Assembly: GCA_963733195.1 (NCBI GenBank)
Contig: CAVTCR010000074.1
Span: 32,001-96,000 of the forward strand
DNA length: 64,000 nucleotides
DNA from: an uncultured delta proteobacterium
Lineage (GTDB): Bacteria; Desulfobacterota; Binatia; Bin18
Reading direction: 5' to 3'
Part shown: piece by piece, positions 31,545 through 41,608 of the stretch
How positions within the stretch are numbered: position 1 is the first letter of the stretch
Layout of the letters: every line of letters begins with the position of its first letter
The notes under the pieces: generated by a model
Databases searched by the model: none
Seen by the model: the letters and a program-made list of their open reading frames with translations, nothing else
Told to the model about the DNA's origin: nothing
Translations under genes and position numbers: made by a program

Positions 31545-33179
31545 ATGGCTAAAACTAGTGGAAATGATCTGGTTGTCAAATCATTAAAGGATGAAGGCGT
31601 GGATACGGTCTTCTATCTCACCGGCGGACCGATGGTCGATGTGGCATCACGTTGTATTGAGATTGGCTTTCGTTCAGTTGACGTGCGGCACGAACAAGCA
31701 GCGGCAATGGCTGCGCATTCATATAGCCGCGTACTCGGCAAACCAGGGGTATGCTTTGCAGCGTCAGGTCCTGGCGCAACCAACCTGATAACTGGCGTTG
31801 GCAATGCGTTTCTTGATGCCGTGCCGGTAGTGGCATTAGGCGGTGCGAGTGCACTGTCACAATCTGGTATGGGTGCATTCCAAGAGATGGATCAGGTCGG
31901 CATGTTCAAACCGATTACCAAGTGGTCGGAACGGGTCATGGATGTGCGTCGCGTTCCTGAGATCATCAATAAAGCCTTTCGTGTCGCTACCGGTGGACAG
32001 CCAGGGCCAGTCTACATCGATCTACCTGGTGACGTTCTGTACCGAGAAGTCGACGAGAATGAAGTCCGCTTCCCCAAGAAACCCCATAGCGTACCGCGTG
32101 TTTCGGGTGACCCCGATTTGATTAAGCGCGCCATTGCCCTGCTGAAAGACGCGAAACGTCCAATTGTCATTACCGGCACTGGAATCCTCTGGTCTGGAGC
32201 GATGGAAGAGTTGAAACAGTTTGTCGAAATGAGCGGCATTCCGTTCTACACCACCCCACAAGGTCGTGGGGTGATTGAGGAAGATCATAAGTTGAGCTTC
32301 CTTGGTGCCCGTAACCAAGCCTGGAAGGAAGCCGACGTTGTGCTGTTTGTTGGCACGCGGCTCAATTTCATCGTTGGGTTCGGTTTGCCACCACGTTTTG
32401 CTGAAGGCGTGAAAATCGTCCAGGTTGATATTTCCGATGAAGAGATTGGCCGCAATCGTCCGGTCGATGTGGGTATCGTTGGTGATGCAAAAATGGTGTT
32501 ACAACAGTTGACGAAAGAAGGCCGCGATGTGTTCCACGGTCGTAAAGAGCTGGCGTGGATTGATACCTTACGCGGGTATGACAAACGCGCGACAGAGAAA
32601 TCCCAAGCATTGTTGAATACCGATCAGACGCCGATTCATCCGTTACGGCTCTGCAAAGAAGTGCGAGATTTCATGGATCGTGATGCCATCATCGTCGTTG
32701 ACGGTCATGAGATTTTGAATTTTGCTCGACAATCGATCCCGACCAATGCTCCGGGACATCGTGTCAATGCTGGTCCGAACGGGTGTATGGGGGTGGCAGT
32801 TCCGTTTGGTCTCGGGGCGAAGGTGGCCAAGCCGAACACGCAAGTGATCGTGCTGAGTGGCGATGGTTCGTTCGGTATGAACGGGATGGAAATCGACACG
32901 ATGATACGCCACAATATCCCGGCGATCATCGTCATCAGTAACAACGGCGGTTGGGCTGGTGCTGGCGTGATGACGGCTGGACGTGACCTCGGCTATAGCC
33001 GATATGACAAGATGGCGGAAGTTTTCGGTGCCTATGGCGAGTACGTCGAACGGGCGCAAGATATTCGTCCCGCATTAGAGCGGGCGGTGAAGTCCGGCAA
33101 ACCGGCAGTGGTGAACGTGGTCACTGACCCGAGCGCGCGGTCTTCGACTGTGTCATTTGCGGCATATCGAGCTATCTAG
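31545..33179 (+). CDS. Thiamine diphosphate-dependent enzyme (2-hydroxyacyl-CoA lyase/oxalyl-CoA decarboxylase/ALS-like)
   Basis: VRHEQAAAMAA, SGPGATN and the ThDP motif GDGSFG...NN. Confidence 0.9.
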   Translation: MAKTSGNDLVVKSLKDEGVDTVFYLTGGPMVDVASRCIEIGFRSVDVRHEQAAAMAAHSYSRVLGKPGVCFAASGPGATNLITGVGNAFLDAVPVVALGGASALSQSGMGAFQEMDQVGMFKPITKWSERVMDVRRVPEIINKAFRVATGGQPGPVYIDLPGDVLYREVDENEVRFPKKPHSVPRVSGDPDLIKRAIALLKDAKRPIVITGTGILWSGAMEELKQFVEMSGIPFYTTPQGRGVIEEDHKLSFLGARNQAWKEADVVLFVGTRLNFIVGFGLPPRFAEGVKIVQVDISDEEIGRNRPVDVGIVGDAKMVLQQLTKEGRDVFHGRKELAWIDTLRGYDKRATEKSQALLNTDQTPIHPLRLCKEVRDFMDRDAIIVVDGHEILNFARQSIPTNAPGHRVNAGPNGCMGVAVPFGLGAKVAKPNTQVIVLSGDGSFGMNGMEIDTMIRHNIPAIIVISNNGGWAGAGVMTAGRDLGYSRYDKMAEVFGAYGEYVERAQDIRPALERAVKSGKPAVVNVVTDPSARSSTVSFAAYRAI

Positions 33180-33201
33180 ACTGACCGAAGGGAACACTAT
33201 T

Positions 33202-33228
33202 TGTCGGGTGGGTATTGCCCACCCGACA
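33202..33228. repeat. Short REP-like hairpin (second copy)
   Basis: tgtcgggtggg-tattg-cccacccgaca, 11-bp stem. Confidence 0.7.
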
Positions 33229-33248
33229 GTAGTGAAACGCAACGAACG

Positions 33249-34217
33249 ATGTCTGACGTAACCCCCACGCAGAAGGTTTCTCCCGTTGTCCTACGGGAAT
33301 TGTATCAACACACCTGGTACCACAACCTCAAAATCCCGCTGTTCTACGCGATGATTGTTGGCGCGGGGTATGTTGCCTGGAATACTGAGCAGACATGGGT
33401 GCGATGGCTCATGTATGGCGGTATCGGGTACCTGTGGATGAGCATCGTCACCTTCATGCACGACTGCACTCATAGTGTACTCTTCAAGAAAAAGTGGAAA
33501 AATTGGGCTTTTGGTATTTTCTCTACGTTGCCGATCATCGTCACGTTTATCTCATTCAAAGAAGATCATTTGGAACATCACCGCTATAACCGAACCTTCA
33601 AGGACCCTGATGCGTTTACGATGGGAAAGCGAGGCTTTGGCGATTTCGTGCTCTTTTACGCCTACATCGTGATCGGTGGGATTCTGACGATCTTGCAATT
33701 CAACTTCATCTATCCAGCGCAACGGTTTCGCGGGGCGCGACTCTGGATTCACCTTTTTGAGTTATCGCTCCGTGTCGTTGTGTACACCAGCCTGATCATG
33801 TGGACTTCACAACACGGCATGCTGGGAAAGTTTCTTAGTCTGTGGCTGATTCCTGGTTACATTTTTTCGCTGTTGAACAGTGTACGATTCATCGCTGAAC
33901 ATTATGAAACTCCGTGGGAGGCGGGACAACTGGCCGGCACACGCACGATTATCAGCAACCAGGTCAACAGTTTCTTCTGGAATAACATCAACTATCACAT
34001 TGGTCACCACATTTACCCAGCCGTGCCGTGGTACAATCTGCAGAAGTTGCACAAAGAGTTAGTACCAGAGATTACCAGGCAACAAGCCATCGTTGACCGC
34101 AGCTATTTTGCGGTTTTCTTTAAGGCATGTGGTAGAGGACCAGAGTCGGTGGAAAGAAACGCGGAGATGCTCGTCAGACGCAATAAACGAATTGCACTTC
34201 GCGTTGGCATGTCGTAA
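33249..34217 (+). CDS. Membrane fatty acid desaturase/hydroxylase
   Basis: His boxes HDCTH, HLEHH and HIGHH, plus transmembrane segments. Confidence 0.88.
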   Translation: MSDVTPTQKVSPVVLRELYQHTWYHNLKIPLFYAMIVGAGYVAWNTEQTWVRWLMYGGIGYLWMSIVTFMHDCTHSVLFKKKWKNWAFGIFSTLPIIVTFISFKEDHLEHHRYNRTFKDPDAFTMGKRGFGDFVLFYAYIVIGGILTILQFNFIYPAQRFRGARLWIHLFELSLRVVVYTSLIMWTSQHGMLGKFLSLWLIPGYIFSLLNSVRFIAEHYETPWEAGQLAGTRTIISNQVNSFFWNNINYHIGHHIYPAVPWYNLQKLHKELVPEITRQQAIVDRSYFAVFFKACGRGPESVERNAEMLVRRNKRIALRVGMS

Positions 34218-34249
34218 TGGTGCCACTTCTGTTTCTCTGTCTCTCATCT

Positions 34250-35227
34250 TTAAGACCACAGGCCGACACGTCGCCGCACCTCGCGCACGGTTTGCTGGGC
34301 GATTGCGCGCGCTTTGCGAGCCCCTTGGCGGAGAATTTCCTCTACTTCTTTCGGGTTTGCTTGCAATTGCGCGCGACGCTCACGAATGGGCTGTAAGTGG
34401 GCGATAAGATTGTCGGCGAGCGCTTTTTTGCAGTCGAAGCAGCCAATTCCCGCGGTCGTACAGCCTAAACGTACCCATTGAATGCGCTCCGCGTCTGAGA
34501 AGAACGTATGCAAGGTGTGGATATTACATACGTCAGGGTTCCCTGGGTCTTTTCGCCGTACCCTGGCGGGGTCTGTTGCAGCGGTGGCGAGCTTTTGACG
34601 GATACTGTCATCATCCTCACCGAGCGCAATCGTATTGCCGATCGACTTTGACATCTTTGCTTGGCCATCGAGGCCAAGAATCTTCGGGGTGCTCGACAGT
34701 AACGCTTTGGGTTCGGTAAAGTATTCTCCCCATCGTCCGTTGAACCGACGGACAATTTCTCGCGCCAGTTCGAGATGCTGTAATTGATCAGCACCAACGG
34801 GAACGATTGTTGCCTTGTATAAGATGATATCTGCTGTCTGCAGCACAGGATAATCGAACAATCCCGCGTTGATGTTATCGATTTGTTTCTCGGATTTGTC
34901 TTTGAACTGGGTCATCCGTCCAAGATCGCCGAAAGGCGTTACTGTGTTTAAGATCCAACATAACTCGGTGTGTTCTGGGACGCTGGACTGGACGAACAGC
35001 ACTGTCCGTTCAGGATCAATCCCGCAGGCGAGCAAATCGGTTGCCATCTCCAGAGTGCGTTGGGTCAACGTCTCGGGCTCGTAGTTCTGGGTGATGGCAT
35101 GATAGTCAACGATACAGATGAAACAGTGATACTCATCCTGCATCGCTACCCAATTACGTACCGCGCCAAGATAGTTCCCAAGATGGAGTTCCCCTGACGG
35201 TTGAATACCACTGAATACGGTTTCCAT
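34250..35227 (-). CDS. trpS: Tryptophan--tRNA ligase
   Basis: FSGIQPSGELHLGNYLG, VPVGADQ.QHLE and KMSKS. Confidence 0.96.
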   Translation of the reverse strand: METVFSGIQPSGELHLGNYLGAVRNWVAMQDEYHCFICIVDYHAITQNYEPETLTQRTLEMATDLLACGIDPERTVLFVQSSVPEHTELCWILNTVTPFGDLGRMTQFKDKSEKQIDNINAGLFDYPVLQTADIILYKATIVPVGADQLQHLELAREIVRRFNGRWGEYFTEPKALLSSTPKILGLDGQAKMSKSIGNTIALGEDDDSIRQKLATAATDPARVRRKDPGNPDVCNIHTLHTFFSDAERIQWVRLGCTTAGIGCFDCKKALADNLIAHLQPIRERRAQLQANPKEVEEILRQGARKARAIAQQTVREVRRRVGLWS

Positions 35228-35266
35228 AGTACCTCGTCTCTCTTTCTGCTTCGATTTCCGCTGGGT

Positions 35267-35356
35267 TGTCATTCTGAGGAGCGACGCGACGAAGAATCTC
35301 GCAAGGGTTGTGAGAGAAGATTCTTTGCCTTCACTTTGCTACGGCTCAGAATGACA
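35267..35356. repeat. REP-like inverted repeat (TGTCATTCTGAG...CTCAGAATGACA)
   Basis: Same termini and aagaatct/agattctt arms as the 4889-4977 element. Confidence 0.8.
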
Positions 35357-35391
35357 GCATCTTGTAATTTCTTTGTGTCTACACTGAGACT

Positions 35392-36370
35392 TTAAACTTC
35401 TAAGATAATCTTCCCGAAGTTGCGATTCTCCTCCATATATCGATGTGCATCGGCGGCCTGAGCCAAAGGAAAGACGCGATCGACAATCGGCTTGATACGC
35501 CTAGATGCTAAGAGTGGCAACCACCTTTCACGAAAACGCTGAGTGATGTCGATCTTGTCAGTAAGCGGACGCGCACGTAGCACTGAACCGAAGATCTGCA
35601 ACCGCTTCGCCATGATCAGTTGCAAGTTGGCTTCAACTTTCACTCCGCCCATCAACCCAACCAGCACAAGTCGTCCGCCAATCTTTAGGCTCCGTAAGTT
35701 TTTGTCCCAATAGCCTGCACCAATGAAGTCTTCGATCAAATCAACACCTTGATCGTTCGTCACTTCTTTGACCCAATCGGCAAAGTCACGCTCTTTATAA
35801 TTGCATCCCGCAGTTGCCCCGAGTTCGAGGCAGCGCTGAATCTTGTCTGCTGAACCAGCAGTGACGAGAATACGTGCGCCAATCTCGTGTGCCATTTGGA
35901 TACCCGCAGTACCGACACCGCTGGCCGCGGCATGAATCAGCACCGTTTCTCCAGCTTTGAGATTGCCTAGGGTGAACATGGTCTCCTGCGCGGTAAAAAA
36001 GACTTCCGGCACTGCCGCAGCCTGTACGAAGCTCCAACCCGGAGGAATTGGAATCGCCATCCGTGCATCAAACACTGCCTTTCTCAGCGTAGCCACCACT
36101 GCCGACTAACGCGCATACACGGTCACCTGGCTTGATCTCTTTGACCGCTGAGCCAACAGCTTCGACTTCACCAGCGAGCTCGAGGCCGAGAATATCGGTC
36201 TCACCAGGTGGGGGCGGGTAATTCCCGGTACGCTGTAACGTATCAGCACGATTGAGTGCCGTTGCACGAACACGAACCAATAGCTGTTCGGCGGTCGGCA
36301 CCGGATCGGGCACGGTCGTCAGTTGCAGAACCTCCGGGCCACCAGGCGTCGTTACACGAATTGCTTGCAT
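35392..36370 (-). CDS. NAD(P)H-quinone oxidoreductase (PIG3-like MDR), one frameshift near 36080
   Basis: ALNRAD.LQR.G.YPPPPG..ILGLE and HAAASGVGTAGIQ. Confidence 0.9.
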
Positions 36371-36563
36371 GAAACCTCCGTTTACGGCGTTCAGTGTTCA
36401 GTAGTCAGCTATCAGCTTTTGGTCTGCATGGCTAGAAATTGGCGAAGGAAAGGTGTCATTGACTCGGGGGTGAACCAGCAGTAGAGGCAGAAGCGTGAAT
36501 CGGATCACGTCTTACGTTTTACGTTTACATCTGACGTGTCCTTGAGAAAGGAAGGAGAAACAA

Positions 36564-37010
36564 ATGGCCGTCAAACAACTCACACCGCAACAAGCCCATG
36601 ACCTCATGCAGCAGGATGCAAAGATTGTGTATCTTGATGTCCGCACAGTGCCGGAATTCTCGGCTGGCCATCCACAACGAGGGATCAACATTCCAGCGTT
36701 TTTCTTTCAGCAGCCGGGGCAACCGACGCCGAATGCGGATTTTGTCAAAGTCGTCGAGGCGAATATTGCCAAGGATGCGACGATCGTTGTTGGCTGCCAG
36801 GCGGGCGGACGATCACAACGTGCTGCTGATATGTTGGACAAAGCTGGTTATACAAATATCTCGAACGTGATGGGTGGTTTTGGTGGCGGTCAAGATCAAA
36901 CCGGAAAAGCGATAGCAGGTTGGCGAGATGCTGGCCTGCCGGTGACTACCGATAACGGAGATGGCGTGAGTTACTCGTCTCTAGCGGCGAAGGCAAGTGT
37001 GAAAGTTTGA
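36564..37010 (+). CDS. Rhodanese-like domain protein
   Basis: LDVRTVPEFSAGH and CQAGGRS active-site loop. Confidence 0.9.
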   Translation: MAVKQLTPQQAHDLMQQDAKIVYLDVRTVPEFSAGHPQRGINIPAFFFQQPGQPTPNADFVKVVEANIAKDATIVVGCQAGGRSQRAADMLDKAGYTNISNVMGGFGGGQDQTGKAIAGWRDAGLPVTTDNGDGVSYSSLAAKASVKV

Positions 37011-37013
37011 AGG

Positions 37014-37047
37014 AAGAGCAAGAGTGGGCACTGCCCCCTTGCTCTTT
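37014..37047. terminator. Hairpin between convergent genes (possible terminator)
   Basis: aagagcaag...cttgctctt stem followed by T's. Confidence 0.5.
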
Positions 37048-37186
37048 TAGGAAGCCAGACACTCTTTCACTGCTTTATCAATGAAATCGGTATCTACTGG
37101 ATTTATGCCGAAACCGGCGAAGTGCCCCCATATTGAGAGAATAGGTTTCAACACGGCGTTAGGAAGGAACAGGTTGCAATGTGTTC

Positions 37187-37925
37187 CTACGTCGATACAG
37201 GAATGCCGTAGCCCAAGGCTTTCAGGTAAGCATGGACTGCATTGGTGAGTCCCCATATACAGGGCATCACAAATCAGGGCATGGCCAATCGACACTTCCA
37301 ACAGACCAGGAAGATTTTGCGCTAAAAAGGGAAGGTTGTTCAGATCAAGATCGTGTCCGGCATTGAGCCCAAGCTGAACTTCCTGTGCGGTCGCTGCGGC
37401 GCGATGGTAGGTTTCGTACACTCGTCGACCTTCAGGAGTGCCAAACGTTTTGGCGTAGTGTTCGGTGTACAACTCGATACGATCTGTGCCAATGTCCTTT
37501 GCGCGTCGTACTTGCTCAGTGTCTGGTTCAAGAAACAGACTGGTACGGATACCGTTGTCATGCAATTGCTGTAACACATCTTCAAGCCAGTCCACGTCAC
37601 CTTTAAGATTCCAGCCCGCGTTGGAAGTTAGGACGTCAGGTGGATCTGGTACTAATGTGCATTGCGTTGGGCGAATCTGACACACAAGATCGAGAAACTC
37701 CGGTGAAGGATAACCCTCGATGTTGAATTCAACGGCAAGCATCGCGGATAAGTCAAAGACGTCTTGCTGCCGAATGTGGCGCTCATCAGGACGTGGGTGG
37801 ACAGTGATGCCGTGACAACCAGCTTCAATAGCCGTCCGTGCCGCGTGGACAACGCTTGGATTATTGCCTCCGCGCGCATTACGTAGCGTGGCGATTTTGT
37901 TGACGTTCACGCTCAGTTTGATCAT
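37187..37925 (-). CDS. pdxJ: Pyridoxine 5'-phosphate synthase, 1-nt slip near the 3' end
   Basis: LSVNVNKIATLRNAR, TVHPRPDERHI, IELYT, NAGHDL and EVSIGHAL; the corrected tail is GLTNAVHAYLKAL...*. Confidence 0.93.
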
Positions 37926-37964
37926 AAATGCTACTTTATTGATTACTGATAGCTGACTGCTTCT

Positions 37965-38726
37965 TTACGACGTTGATACCCGCAGGTCGGTTCCTCCACT
38001 GACCGGTAGTGTCACGCCGGTAACGAAGCTTGCTTCATCAGAGCAGAGGAAGACGGCGGCATTACCAATATCCTGAGGCTGACCAAGGCGGCCTAGCGGG
38101 ACTTGTTGCGCATACGATGCTTTTTGCTGAGCTGTGAGAGCGCTATTCATCATCGGGGTCTCGATTGGTCCTGGAGCAATGGCATTCACGCGGATGCCAT
38201 ATCGTGCCACTTCATATGCCAGATCACGCGTCAGGGCGACGACCCCAGCTTTTGAGGCTGCGTAGGGCACATGCGGTACGGTGTAATGAAAGGCCGCAAT
38301 CGAGGCGATGTTCACAATTGCTCCTTGCTTTTGTTTGATCATTTCTCGGACAACGCGATGACAACAAAGGAAGACGCCTTTGAGGTTCACATCGAGCACG
38401 TTATCCCAATCTGCCTCGGTCTGTTTCTCAATCGACTTCACTACGACAACCCCAGCGTTGTTGACGAGAATGTCGACTTTGCCAAAACGGCTCAAGGTTT
38501 CTTGCACGAGGCGATCGACATCAGTCGAACGCGTGACATCTGCTGCCACCCCAAGCGCTTGAACTCCGAGAGCCTGAACCTCAGCGACGGTCCGGGTAAT
38601 ACGTTCCTGGCTGGTGTCGTTTATCACTACGTGTGCCCCTGCACGCGCTAAACACAACGCGACACCTTGTCCAATGCCTTGGCCTCCGCCGGTGACAATC
38701 GCTACACGTTCAGTAAGTCGTGTCAT
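37965..38726 (-). CDS. SDR family oxidoreductase (FabG-like)
   Basis: TGGGQGIG, NNAG, YAASK and NAIAPG. Confidence 0.92.
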   Translation of the reverse strand: MTRLTERVAIVTGGGQGIGQGVALCLARAGAHVVINDTSQERITRTVAEVQALGVQALGVAADVTRSTDVDRLVQETLSRFGKVDILVNNAGVVVVKSIEKQTEADWDNVLDVNLKGVFLCCHRVVREMIKQKQGAIVNIASIAAFHYTVPHVPYAASKAGVVALTRDLAYEVARYGIRVNAIAPGPIETPMMNSALTAQQKASYAQQVPLGRLGQPQDIGNAAVFLCSDEASFVTGVTLPVSGGTDLRVSTS

Positions 38727-38901
38727 TGTGCACTCTCCTTTGTGTGAGCGACATTACTCTGTCTGCTTTGTCCGGGTCAAGCAAGAGACTGGTTCCTGGT
38801 GAACACTGCGATTTGAGACCTACCCTAGGCGTTCAGAGGCCAGTTGCGCTATAGTAACGAAATCCTTCGAGCCCTGATCTCGTGCCTGAAAAGAGAGCAT
38901 T

Positions 38902-40098
38902 ATGAGCACCTATCTGCGAGAAGTGGCGAGTCGTCTCGTGTCGTTCGATACTGTGAGCAGCAAGAGCAATGTTGAGGCAATGGAATATCTGGGAGCGCAT
39001 CTGAGTGATCATAAGTTCCATGTCGATTTTCATCGCATGGAAGTTGGTGGAGTCCCCAAGGTTAATCTCATTGCCTATGCTGGTCCACCTGAGCCGAACG
39101 GTCTGATCATTTCCGGCCATGTCGACGTCGTACCGTTTACCGGACAACCAGGGTGGCAGCGCAATCCGTTACGATTAGAAGTGACTGACTCGTGCGTATA
39201 CGGCCGTGGAACCACAGATATGAAAGTGTTTCTTGCGCAGTGTGTCGATGCCGCTGGACGGCTCGATCTTACGACCCTCAAGCAGCCGTTGGTTTTTCTA
39301 TTTACAGCGGATGAAGAAATTGGTTGTCTTGGGGCTGCACGACTTCTCCCCGTGCTTCCCGAGTTTTTCCGCGAGATTCCCCAACCACGACAAGCCTGGA
39401 TTGGTGAGCCGACCTCTTATCAAATCGGCTACACGCACAAGAGTATCATCGTCTTCTCTGTCACCGTCCGGGGGAAAGGTGGGCACAGTAGTATTCCTGA
39501 ACAGGGTGTGAATGCGATTGCTGTTGTAGGTAAAGTGATTGATACAATCGGCCGTTACCAAGCTGAGCTGCGGACCCAGCGTTCAACAACGTTTGCTCGT
39601 GAGTTTCCTGAGTCTCCGTATACGACATTCAACTTTGGCATGATCCGAGGCGGTACGGCGTCGAACATGATCGCCGAAGAATGTATCCTGCAAGTGAGTT
39701 ATCGCTCTTTGCCTGACGTGGATCCGCTCCTTGTGCATCGTGAGATTGCGCGGCAATTGCAAGCTATCGACCTTCATGACTACGGCTCGCCAGAGCACCA
39801 GGCGGCTATTGTGATTGGGGAGCCGTTTGTCGTACCGCCGTTACTCTCGCCGCGGAACACTTCACTCGAAAACACGTTGCTTGTTATCCTCAACCAGCAC
39901 ACCAGCGGAGGTATTCCTTTCACGACCGATGGATGCCAATTTGCGCAGGCAGGGATTGCCTCGATTGTCTGCGGCCCTGGCGATCTGGACCAAGCACACC
40001 AACCGAACGAGAGTATTCGACGAGAAGCATTTGAGCAGGGAACTGATGTGATTCTTTCGGTTGTGCACCGACTGTGTGGTGCGACAGAGCGACATTAG
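38902..40098 (+). CDS. argE: M20 metallopeptidase, acetylornithine deacetylase-like
   Basis: SGHVDVVP, GRGTTDMK, ADEEIGC, IGEPT, GHSS and AHQPNE. Confidence 0.8.
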   Translation: MSTYLREVASRLVSFDTVSSKSNVEAMEYLGAHLSDHKFHVDFHRMEVGGVPKVNLIAYAGPPEPNGLIISGHVDVVPFTGQPGWQRNPLRLEVTDSCVYGRGTTDMKVFLAQCVDAAGRLDLTTLKQPLVFLFTADEEIGCLGAARLLPVLPEFFREIPQPRQAWIGEPTSYQIGYTHKSIIVFSVTVRGKGGHSSIPEQGVNAIAVVGKVIDTIGRYQAELRTQRSTTFAREFPESPYTTFNFGMIRGGTASNMIAEECILQVSYRSLPDVDPLLVHREIARQLQAIDLHDYGSPEHQAAIVIGEPFVVPPLLSPRNTSLENTLLVILNQHTSGGIPFTTDGCQFAQAGIASIVCGPGDLDQAHQPNESIRREAFEQGTDVILSVVHRLCGATERH

Positions 40099-40144
40099 TG
40101 GGCAGAGATCTCCGAGGAGAAAGTGCAGTATTGAAAGAGATGCA

Positions 40145-41608
40145 CTACGCCGCGCTAAGAGATTCTGTCGGCCCGGTAGGTAAAGAAAAAAAGATGCGGC
40201 TCCCTTTGCCTGGAGTCCCCTCGACCCAGATACGACCACTGTGCCGCTCAATGAGTGCTTTGCAAAGCGCTAAACTCAAACTCGCTCCCTTCCTTGTCGT
40301 CGGTGATTCACCTTCTTCCTCTATAAGCGGTTTGAAGAGTTGTTCTTGTTGCTCGTGAGAAAGACCGACGCCGTTATCCGTGACACCTACTGTTACTTGT
40401 TTGCCCTCTTTTGCTGCTCCAACCAAGACGTATGCGCCATTCTTTTTCGAATTCTTGATCGCGTAACAGACAAGTGCAGTGAGGACTTGTTGTATGCGGC
40501 CTGCATCAGCATAGATGTCGATCTCTTGCGGAACTGTGTTCAGTAATTTGACGTTATGGACTTGGGCCATAGAACCAAGGGCATCAAAGGTCTTTTGCAC
40601 GAGTGGTCCAAGCAAGAGTTGTTGCGGATACAGAACGATCTGGTCACCGCGTAACACCGAAACATCGAGGAGGTCAGACAGCATCGTCAACAGCGACGCA
40701 CTATTCCGCGCGCACATGTCGAGTAATTGTTTTCCTTCCGGAGGTAAGTGGTCGGGCCATTCCTCGCGAATAATATCGAGTGACCCAATGATGACGCCTA
40801 ACGGATTTCGCAGTTCATGGGACGTCGCGGCCATCAGGCTGTCGCGCATCCGATCGGCTAAAGACAGCCGCTCAATGTCTTCGTACGCTTTCTTCAGTTC
40901 AGCGTCCATCTCTTGTAAGCGCTGCTGGAGTGCGGCATTGGCTTTCGTCAAGTCAGCTGTGCGAAGGCGAACCTCTTGATCAAGCTCAGCCCGTTGGCGC
41001 TGAAGGGCAACTTCCCGCTGCGAACTTTCGAGTGCGAGTGACGTCTGTCCAGCAAGAATGGACAGGAGTTTTAACTCATACGGAGCGATGTCCTGCTCTG
41101 AACGTTCACTGGCGATCAGGGCCATGCCGTGCACTTCCTGCAGGGTGACGAGTGGAACCAGCAGGATCGAGCGCACGCGTGGGTGATAATGATGAACCCG
41201 TTGACTCGCGCAAATCGTCGGACGACTCCGACGAAGGGCAAGTGCGAAATTCCCCTGCGCAATTTGGAGTTGAGTTTCATTCTCAAGATCTGCATGAAGC
41301 CCAGACGGTATACAGCGTTCGAGTGTGAACTCGTACGTGCGTCGATCAACGTGATAGATGGCCGACAGTACGCTGGGCAGTAGTGATTCGACTTCTGCTA
41401 AAAAGTAGGACAGTAAATCCACCGGAAGCCGGTCTGCGCCAGAGCGCTTTTGCAAGTTGACCCACAGCGACTCGACTCGATCGAGATACTTGATCAACGC
41501 TTGCGTTTCCGCTTGGAGGCGACGCAGTTGCGCCTGTGGATCGGGTGCCGCAGGTGCGGTCGTCGATCCGCCAATCAGGCTCTCGATGTTAGTGTCTTCA
41601 TTCCGCAT
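40145..41608 (-). CDS. GAF-domain histidine kinase with degenerate ATP-binding motifs
   Basis: GAF region, H-box SHELRNPL, G1 DNGVG; the N-box and G2 box are altered. Confidence 0.85.
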   Translation of the reverse strand: MRNEDTNIESLIGGSTTAPAAPDPQAQLRRLQAETQALIKYLDRVESLWVNLQKRSGADRLPVDLLSYFLAEVESLLPSVLSAIYHVDRRTYEFTLERCIPSGLHADLENETQLQIAQGNFALALRRSRPTICASQRVHHYHPRVRSILLVPLVTLQEVHGMALIASERSEQDIAPYELKLLSILAGQTSLALESSQREVALQRQRAELDQEVRLRTADLTKANAALQQRLQEMDAELKKAYEDIERLSLADRMRDSLMAATSHELRNPLGVIIGSLDIIREEWPDHLPPEGKQLLDMCARNSASLLTMLSDLLDVSVLRGDQIVLYPQQLLLGPLVQKTFDALGSMAQVHNVKLLNTVPQEIDIYADAGRIQQVLTALVCYAIKNSKKNGAYVLVGAAKEGKQVTVGVTDNGVGLSHEQQEQLFKPLIEEEGESPTTRKGASLSLALCKALIERHSGRIWVEGTPGKGSRIFFSLPTGPTESLSAA

